The notes below the pieces were generated by a model. That model saw only the letters and a list, made by a program, of their open reading frames with translations, made no database searches and was not told the DNA's origin. The position numbers and the translations under genes are program-made. A DNA stretch of 64,000 bases from Tubiluchus corallicola. Lineage: Eukaryota; Animalia; Priapulida. Positions 54,431 through 64,000 of this stretch are shown piece after piece. The DNA lies in the NCBI GenBank assembly GCA_030141605.1, contig JAQGDQ010000175.1, positions 186,001 to 250,000 of the forward strand, read 5' to 3'. How positions within the stretch are numbered: the first letter of the stretch is position 1; each line of letters begins with the position of its first letter.

Positions 54431-56010
54431 AAAGTGTAATAGTAATCTTAATAATCACTGTGTGCAATGTTAGTGTGCATCCAATTTAGTGCGCACCATA
54501 TGTCAACACTATACAACAACAAATACAGGTTCTTTTGGGCATCTAACACTTTGCGTGGCTTCTCATTTTTGACGTTGCCTATCAACATGCAAGCTTCAAG
54601 TTTATGTCATTCAAACGACAAGTTTTAGATTTCCGTGAAAGCGTCGTTACAAAAATTGCCAATTGCCAACTTTGAGTTCTTCGTTATTTTTAACACTGGT
54701 CATAAAAAGTACTTTGATGGATGAGGTACTTTGTAGAATGATTACTTTTAGTCATGTCCCCTTTACTAGGCCCTATGCTTCAAATTTTGCAGTAAGGTAT
54801 ACATAATATTTCAGATTTGGGGCCTATAACTTGATATAGTTGCTTTTTTGCAGAAAAACTTGAGCTACTACTTGAATGTTCTATAACAGATTATGTTGTT
54901 TATGTGCTTGACACATATTATATTATCACATTTGTATAATCATGTATGATTATTTTAAGCAACTGAGCAACCATTTATACACGACGACAAGTTTTGGTTT
55001 ACGTAAATTATTGTAATTTGGCGATTGGAAGGTGTCGAGATATTGCTATCTTTTCAATACATTCTTCTTACATTTACTGCCCTGATTATATTTAATTGCT
55101 GCTTGGTTGTGCTTTTTTGTAGTCTACTGCAGTTTCAGTTTGGCTGCAGTTAGGCTTACTGTAAGTTCAGCTATGTTTCGGTTGGACCTACTGTAGTTTT
55201 AACTAACCTTTAACTCACCTTTGCAGCTACCCTCATCATTCTGACACTTGTTATGGTATTAATTTTGGTAGCCATTGTGTATATATCGTACACACATTTT
55301 CTAAACAACTTTTTTGTGGTGCTTGCACTTTAACTACTATGATTATAACAATTTTATACGTTATATACACTATGCACATAGAGCATACATATAGGCATCT
55401 ATAACTAATGGTACTAGTAGAGTAATACCTCTGTTGTCGACCGTCTCTGTACTCGTACAAATCGGTTTTCGATGTGAAAGTTCAAGTTGAAATTGTCTCT
55501 GCTCTCGACCAGAATTTCAGTACTCGACCAACCGCCAAACACATGATGAACGCATATGCGCCGAGCCGAGTAGAGCCGAGAGTAGCCAAGCACAACATTT
55601 GAATCACCTAACATCGCTAAGTGTTTTCTCCGCTTTTTTCATGCAGGAATAATTATGTTTTTCTTTCTAAGTAATTCTGTTATGTTTTTATTATCAGTTA
55701 TATCATATCTACTGCTTAGATAAACATTTTTGCATTATTATATTTTGTTTTAGTAATACTTTACAGTTCATTTGGTGCTTGAGAATGGATTATTTGCTTT
55801 TACATTATTGCTTATGTGAATAAATGATTATTTCGGTTTTCAAACACTTAGGAACGAATTATGGTCGAAAACAGAGGTGCTACTGTATCATACCGCAGAA
55901 AACTCAGTTTTTGCAGACTTGTTTCTCATGAATCCAATCTAGATTTCGTTATTCAATAGCATTAACATACGTTTGGATGGCCCTTTTAAACTGGATCTGT
56001 GGTAATGTTT

Positions 56011-56049
<39 letters not shown>

Positions 56050-56743
56050 GAAATTTTTGAAATTTCCCTGCAATTGTAGGTCTGTGTTTGTCCAGCGAGC
56101 ATTTATTATGCTGTTGTTATATAATGTGGTTAATGACAGTGAAAACATTTTGATAATACTGGTTTCTCATTACTGCCTTTGTTTTTTGTGACTAAATGCC
56201 TGGACTTTCAGCACTTTTTGTGTTGTGTATTAGTTGGTAGTGTGGGCATTGAAAACATGCCAGCAACAGACCTACATCCATACTAACTAACTATATCAGA
56301 TGTACAATGAGCAAAAGGATTCTGTACTGCCCAAATCTACAAAACTACATAAGCGAATTTTTAACATTTCATTTAGTTACTAACTCAAGATATGCAACCC
56401 TCATAATTATGGAAAGCGAAAAAGACAGATCACTGATTTGTTCTAGTCTAAAAGTATTTTTAAAGGTCATAATATTATTAACACTTTTGCACAACATTGT
56501 TTCTTATCACCACTGTTTTACAAGTGTACTACAAGTACACTTACAAGTTTTACTTTGTATTTATTATATACCTAAATCCTGCTTGGAATGCCGATTCCAG
56601 TTACAGTTTGATGCTGTTTTATTTTGCTGATCCTATTTTTTGTTTCAGATTCAATGACTTTCAGAAGAATCATACACATGATAGTATTAAACAAGTGAAC
56701 ATCCGTATAAATACAAAACTTTTTATTCAGTAACAAAGGAAAT

Positions 56744-57632
56744 ATGGAAGGTAGTCAGCCAAAAATCAAATTTCTAAAAAGGAAGGCTGAAACGTCGCAC
56801 GAAAATGATGCACAGATCTGTAATACGAAATTTAAAGGAGGTAACCTAGGTAGACACATCTTGTGATTAATACTGTAACTTTGTTTGCTCAGCAGCTTCT
56901 CTTTTAAAATTCGTATAATAGAACTATAACATTTTGACGCAGATTGTTCTATTAATCGTGAGTCTAGTAAATGGTGAGCCTACTGTACTAAAATTGAATA
57001 ATTCATTATTTAGTGTTATAGCTGCTTTAGTGAAATTGCAAAATATGTTAGTCAAAATAGAACTCTGTTCTATAGTGCTTGCAGTTTTTTCACAAACATT
57101 TATTAATACTAAGATTATTAAGCATCCCTTACAAAAACCAAATTGGGTGTCATTTAGATTGTAGAATATATTATAATTGTGAAGATAGCTTTCCAGTTGT
57201 TTGTGAATGTGTCATAACATTTTTGAAAAGACTCTTAGTCAGAAATGTATCTGCCCATCTATAATTGCCTAGGTTAGCATTTATCATATTGAGTGACTTG
57301 TCATTGGGTTTTTTCATATCGCAGATGTGTGTCAGTACAAACTGTGTGGCTATTCTGCTGAAAGGAAAGGAGAACGGGATGAAATGCAGGATGCATGTGT
57401 GATAATAGATGACTTTCTAAGTTGCTATTCAAATTCTCATCGTTCCATGTATGTTTGTTGGCATTTCGTTTCTCTAAAGACTGTTAATTTTTTTACATGT
57501 TTATTTAAAGTGATTCTTAAAAAAATGAATTGGTCATTGGCTTTGAACTTTTTACAGGTCAAGAACAAGAAGAAACTTGTCACAGCTACTAGACTTTTCT
57601 GACATTTTTAGTCTTTGCTTAATATTTTATTA

Positions 57633-57665
<33 letters not shown>

Positions 57666-60600
57666 GTTGTTGTTGCTGTTGTTGTTATTATTATTTTTAT
57701 TATTACTATTGTTATTGTTGTTGTTAAAACTTAGTAGAGAAGGATGATGTCAGGCACTGAAGCAAACTTTTTTTGAGGCTGAAAACTATTGTAGGGTTTT
57801 AGGTTCATATTAATTACTTAAAAAAACATGTTAGTAGGAAGCAGTGACATGATGTTTAAGTACCACTTTTGATGAGTTACCATTGTTATCATTACTACTA
57901 TATCTTAGTCAACAGATGGCATTCTATGCTGTATTCGATGGCCATGGAGGCGTGCATGCATCTTCATATGCTGCTGCAAATCTTCATCTGAACCTCGCCT
58001 CTAAACTTCCTGAAGGTGACCTAGCAACAATAGAAAAAGATATAAAGAGAGCATTTTTTGAAGCCTTCAAGAAAACTGATGAGGAATTTCTCAAAGAAGC
58101 ATCAAAAAAGTTTGTTTTGTTAAAGTTTTACTTTGATTTGTGCATATAACTACTGTTTGGGCAATTTTTTGTCCATCGAAAGTAATTTAAAACTTTTGTG
58201 TTGCGATCATAAGTAACTGGCAAATAAGGTTGAATTTGCACAAGACAGTTCTGGCTAATTTAGATCTTCTTGTTAGTTCCTACTAAATGTTATCCCTATG
58301 AGCTCACATTAAGCCCAACCTGTAACTCACTAAACATAACTGCTGTTTTTAGTTCCCAGAGATACTACTTAAGAAGAGTCAATCATATGAATGAATAACA
58401 CTTTGACTTTCCTGTATAAAACAAACTTTAGGATTTCCTGCTAATACACATGTAAGTGAAAACTTTAAGGAACTAGCAGTGAGCATCAAAGTTAGGCATT
58501 CTGTAAAGAAATAAAAGAGACTATACACTGATCTTTACAGACCATTACAGATTACGGAGCTTACAATGAAGAGAAAAATAGAGCTATTACACCTTGACAG
58601 CTGACTGGAAAGTACAACAGATCATTTTGGTAAAAACAACCATAAAGTGATCAGTGATTATGCATAATTTAAGTCCATAAATTTTAGTGTAAGATTTTAC
58701 ATTTGCTATATCAGAAACTTTGAAAGCAAAAGTGAAAGTTGATCAAAAAGCTGGATACCAAACTGAAGTTACTATTCTATGCATGAATGACGCTACCCAG
58801 TGAATTCCTGTGTGCCACTGTTATGCCATTGGAAGTTGGAAATTGTCCCAGCTTTAGGTCGAAGTATTGTTCTCATATTGTGAGCTAAGGTGTCACAGGT
58901 TTTGCTAGGTCACACACATCCATTGCTACCTAGTTCCCTGCTACGTTCTGCATTTAGTGACACGATTTTGTGACTGAACAATGGTTTACTGAGCTGTGGG
59001 AGGTCTTGCCCAATGAAGAACAATTAAATGTGTTAAAGGCGTGTTTGTGTTAATTAGTAATGTTTTCTTGCTTGTTTACTGTAATGTTAGGAGATCATGG
59101 TTACAGTTATTTGTAAACTTACATTATTTATACAATCATAATTTCTTTCGTACATTTTATTAATTGGTTGCGCAGCATGTCACTCAGTCCTGTGGTTAAT
59201 AGTCACATAGTCATTTTAATTAGTATTTGAATTGTTACATAGTTTCTTATTTTGCAGTTTAAGACTGTGATTAAAATAATTATTTTTGTAATTTAGCAAA
59301 CCCATTTGGAAGGATGGTTCAACTGCTGTTTGTGTGTTTCTTCTTAATGATTGTCTATATATTGCAAATCTTGGTGATAGCAAGGTTAGTATGCAATGTA
59401 CATTATTTATCTAGTACGTAACTACGTATGTGCTTGGAGTGGGGTAAATTGTTAATAGGGAAGTAATTTTCTGGTAAAGAATTTCACAAATAAAAACCTC
59501 GAGGAAAAGCTGTATGGTAAGCAGCTATTCTAGAAATTAGTAATGTTGAATGCAGAATGGGTACTGTAATCAAGCTGTTGGCATTTAGGAACAAATGACG
59601 AGAGCTTCTGCAAGCATCTACCATTAAATTTATAATAAAAGAGGCTTGTGTATCAAGATTTCTACAGTATGAAGCACTGCTCACTCAATATTACTGATTG
59701 AGTTTTCATTGGTTATGTAATCAACATTGGTTCTGGTTCTTGCTGTATGCTGGTATTATAACAAATTTGACTCTGTAATGATTGTTCGTATTCTTACAAA
59801 TAACACCGCTAATTGGCAAGTTACACGTCATAGTCTTTGAGGTGAAGTCGTCTCAAACAAGGATTAAATGAGCATTTTTATGACCAGTAATGCTACACAT
59901 GGTGTTACGTTAACCCCCAATTGTGTGACCTGTGAGTCCTGCCATCTTTCACTTTCAAGTACTGTTGTTTTTGCACCTTATCCAAATTTAGACAGCTGTC
60001 AACTGTGTCAATGAAAAGAGACATTCGTCTTGTTTGTGACTATAACCGCTTCACAACTAAGACCTATCTCAGGCTGCCAAAACAATTCAACATGTAGAAT
60101 GATTGGGTATGGTCAGGTTTGATAGGAAATGGATTATGTGAATGATTATGCTTATACATGCCACTAAGGCTGCACCTTCTAGCAAACTACAAACAGCCTA
60201 TTTGAACACTGAACCATCCTCTCAATAACCAGCTACTGACTTGTCAGCTCTGTTAATTCATAAAGATAGAGAAAGCTGAACACGTGTAGAGGAAGGCTAA
60301 AATAAAGTTAATACATGAACATAATGGTATGGTCAGGGACTTATCAAGACTTTTGAATGCCAGGCTGAGAGTTTTGTCCTGCCCATCTCTATTATGGTTG
60401 TTTATGTAATGAGCAGATCAAACAGTTACTTATGGGGTATTAGAGACACTATTAACCTAGTTTCTACATGGTCATTATAATTATTTGTATTTGCATAGAG
60501 TTTATATTCAGTCAGGCTGCACAGCTGCTCGTTGTGTAATATCTTGCACCTGTTCATTATGTTGCACTTATAGAAGCTACACTCAGTAACTGCCTGAGGT

Positions 60601-63081
60601 GTGTTCTAAAATGCGCCTTTTACATTTATGAATGAATATGAAAGTATACACATGTGACGCCCCTCAAACTTTGGCACCCTAGCTGTAACCTAGTTAGCCT
60701 ATTGCTTAAGATGCCCTTGGGTATGCTCGATGATCCATTTAATTTTGTGTGGCACTTAGTACAGGCCGCAAATACTGTCTTGTTATATTACTAGTGTAAT
60801 GAATGAAGATTGTATAATTGAAGCAGGTATTGTTGATAGATTGGCACATGTTCTGGCATCAGACCAATCAAACTTTGTCATGTACAAATCGCTTAACCCT
60901 AATTTAAGTGTATTAGATGTTTATGTTAATCCTTCGTTAGATTTAAAAATGTTAGAATACAGATGACTAGGTTTCGCTTCTCAGCTCATAACCTTCATAT
61001 AGAAATTGGTAGGTGGTCTAGGACATCACATCAACTGAGATTGTGGCCACAGAATATCATTTCATTTGTGAATGTACTGATACAGAGAATATGCATCAGG
61101 ATTATGCCAAATTAGATTTTAGTTGTTTATCAAATTTATTTATTTGCAATCTAAAGCTTATAGCAAAGACTGCTTTGTGTTGTTGCAAAACTGATATACA
61201 CAGAAGGCTAGTTTCTGTTTGCTATTTATCTAGGTAGAGTTTACTTGGTAAACTGTATCTACTTATTGTATTGTAATGGACTGTAAAACTGTTCCGCTTA
61301 TAATTCATTCTTGCAGTCAATAAATTACTACTACTACTACAGTAGGCGCCGCTTAACAGACTCATTTTGGGACGGAACTGTTTTGACCCTATCAACCGAC
61401 TATTACTGTATTACTAATATAGAAGTGTGAATCAATCAGCTTGGTATGCACTACAAAGGCTTTTAATGAATTCTAGAAATGAAGCAATGCCTGAACTCCT
61501 ATGTAGTCATTAAACAATATTAATTTATAAAGTGAGTTAATTAAAAAATAAAATAAAAAGGTTTACTTTTCTAAATCACACAAGTCTGTTTATTTTTACA
61601 GAAATAAGTCCAAGGTCGGCTGCTTAATTTTTTGCGACAAGTTGGGTCACAAAGTTCTCATAAGGATAAAAATTTTGAAAATCTGTTGTTGTATGATGCA
61701 TAAATTCTCGTAAAATACTTGGTGCTTGGCATGCTTAATCTGTTGGTAGAGCACGTGTTTCCCCGCAAATACCTTCGTCTGCAGTTTCGTTTAAGAACCT
61801 GCTTGCTGTCGACTTACTGTATTGTACCTATATCCTTGGCATAACAACAACAGCTAACTGATTAAGCTTTCTGAGAAAGGCAGCCAGATCTTCAAAACAA
61901 ATTGCTAAGTAAGTGATTAAATGTTTAGTTTCCAAGAATTCTTGGATAACAAGATCAAAGCAAGCCATTAGGCTAGCATATTAGTTCCTGTTTACAAACA
62001 AAACAGTACTTAACATGATTGTTACTTAACATGTATATTATAGGGCAAAAACGAACTAAGATGATATAAACGTTTTAAAAGCTTATTAGTCACACGAAAG
62101 CATCTTACTGAAACATGTGAAGTCACAAAAATATTGAGTCAATTATGCGGAGTTATTTGAGTCTATTTTCGACAGTTTTTGTATACATTTGAATAGGAGC
62201 GGCCCGTACCAGACGTTTTTGAGTCAATTAAGTGACTGAGTCTATTAACCGTGAGTCTAATAAACGGTGCCTACTGTGCTACTATATTTATAATTTTTAT
62301 ATTGTCTTGCTTTATGTTCTACTGGACTTTTCGTTACAGGCTGTATTGTGCCGAACTAATTCCAATAAACCCTGCTCAATACCACTTACTCAAGATCACT
62401 CTCCAACGCAGTATAATGAACGAATTAGAATAGAAAAGTCTGGGGGCTGTGTCAAGTAAGTGTCATTAAATAGCGAACATTTTTCAAGTATTTCAGTTTT
62501 TCAACTTTTGTCACATTTGCCAAATGGGTGTTTTTTACATTCTAATATGAATGCTTATTATGAACTGTACACATGTTGTTTACTTGTTTATTTCCTGCAG
62601 CCATCAAGCTACAAAAATTGTCACTTTTTCTGTTTAACTGCACAGCTGCTAGAGGTTCCTTAGAGTTATTGAGAAAAGTAGCATAGTGCTTCTTATTTTC
62701 AGAAACACAAATGTTGTCTATTTAAAATTGTATATCACAATCCATCCATGTACAACTAGCCCTAGCTTGCAGCCTTGAAAATTTTTACACTAAGACTTTC
62801 GTTACATGTCAATTAGCAAATTTGTTGACTTGCTCAATATTATATTACAAGTTGTAAGAGACTTTAATAGATTAATTTAAATACACTAAAACACTAGACG
62901 ATACTGTGAACATTAGGAATCTAAACAGAAGTGGCCACATTTCACTATTTTATTTTTGCAGAGATGGCAGAGTAATGGGCGTACTTGAAGTGTCTCGGTC
63001 AATAGGAGATGGTCAGTATAAAACTTGCGGCGTCTCTTGCATTCCTGATGTGAAACGGTGCAAACTCTCAGAAAATGACAG
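56744..63081 (+). CDS. ILKAP: Integrin-linked kinase-associated PP2C phosphatase, 5' part (gene continues past the window)
   Basis: Exons 56744-56840 (start uncertain), 57325-57448, 57909-58109, 59297-59384, 62340-62455, 62962-63081, with consistent phases. Motifs: AERKGERDEMQDA, FYAVFDGHGG, FKKTDEEFLKEAS, KPIWKDGSTA, YIANLGDSKAVLCR, DGRVMGVLEVSRSIGDGQYK. Confidence 0.9.
57625..57725. repeat. (TTA)n/(TTG)n compound microsatellite
   Basis: Direct reading. Confidence 0.9.
60790..61339 (+). mobile_element. 3' end of a LINE
   Basis: TRFRFSAHNLHIEIGRWSR...RL...TEYHFICEC, then AATAAA and a (TAC)n tail. Confidence 0.7.
61340..62276. mobile_element. pogo/Tigger-like MITE (~937 bp)
   Basis: TIRs CAGTAGGCGCCGCTTAA/ATAAACGGTGCCTACTG, with TA on the left flank and TG on the right. 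Confidence 0.7.
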
Positions 63082-63546
63082 GTTAGTTACTGAAGTAAAA
63101 GTTATAGTTTTCAAAATATTTAAGTATGGGCAAAATTATTTCATTTAAACAAGATACTGAAGCAGGTGAATACTTCATATTGAATGCAAGTTCACATATT
63201 ACTGCTCAGATGTTCTTCAGTCTTAACTAGTACCATGAAATTTGTTAGTTTTCACAACCATATTCCAAAATATAGAATTTAGAATTCACCTTAGCCTAAA
63301 ATTTAGCAGGAATAAAAAATTATCAGAGTAAAAGCAGGGCTTCTCTACTGTGCTTGTGATCCTGGCTTGTTCTCATGCATGACTTCAGAGAACTATATTT
63401 ATTATTTATTATAATTGTTATGTTTTGCTTTTATGCAACTATAAGCTTGGATTTTTGCTTTGCTGGCAGTTGGACAGAAACGTGCTATGTATTCAAACAT
63501 ATTCCCGTTCAGTCTGCATTTTTCATTATTGATCGTATTACATGTA

Positions 63547-64000
63547 CAGTGGTCGACTTACGACCTGTTGCGACTTACGATTGTTTGACTTTATGACCGA
63601 CTGCAATTTCATTAATGAAGTATTCAAAATCAACTATAACTCATATTTCTTTTTATTTTTTAAACAAATTAATTTTAAATTACGATCTGTTTTTATAAGT
63701 TAATCGTATGTGCTGCCATACTTGGTGTGCATACGCACACATACGTGTCCGACTTGTGTCCAATTCATTTTGTGACCAATCCGCTGTGCCATTTGTGGTC
63801 GTAAGTCGACACCAACCTGTATACTATTTCTGCGGTCATGTAAGAACTTTTTTTTGATGAATGATTGACAATAACAAAACTGAAAATACTTCTTACAAAA
63901 TCTATTTAATTTAAATTTGTTGTTACATTCAAGTACCACGAAGTGTAATGATAGTGTCGAAACTGCTGAGCAAAGGTTTCCCCAGGGAATACAGCTGCTG
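63547..64000. mobile_element. Tigger-like element 5' end (truncated by the window)
   Basis: TA|CAGTGGTCGACTTACGACC with repeated GACTTACGA, and an inverted GGTCGTAAGTCGAC at ~63797. Confidence 0.45.

Overview
AT-rich, intron-dense eukaryotic DNA, most likely from an invertebrate animal. I assembled four protein-coding genes by hand from GT-AG sites and reading-frame phase. They are NAXE (+, single coding exon, 1950-2708), ANAPC5 (-, 15 coding exons, 21958->4804, ~775 aa), a bubblegum-type acyl-CoA synthetase ACSBG (+, ~718 aa, 37478-51354, with an alternative first coding exon at 32216) and the 5' part of a PP2C phosphatase ILKAP (+, from ~56744, running off the window). Introns and intergenic DNA carry decayed LINE fragments, hAT- and Tigger-like MITEs, a probable solo LTR, minisatellites and microsatellites. 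The best find is in ACSBG: two tandem 69-nt paralogous exons (43828-43896, 44040-44108) directly after the YLPLSH motif. They look mutually exclusive, and the 143-nt intron between them holds a ~70-nt stem-loop that could sterically enforce exclusivity. Other leads are a myristoylation switch through alternative ACSBG first exons, a splice-acceptor/uORF switch over the NAXE mitochondrial presequence, a long intronic inverted duplication in ANAPC5, and an unclassified palindrome-studded TIR element at the ANAPC5 5' end. All exon calls are unvalidated predictions, and most short ORFs in the supplied track are noise.
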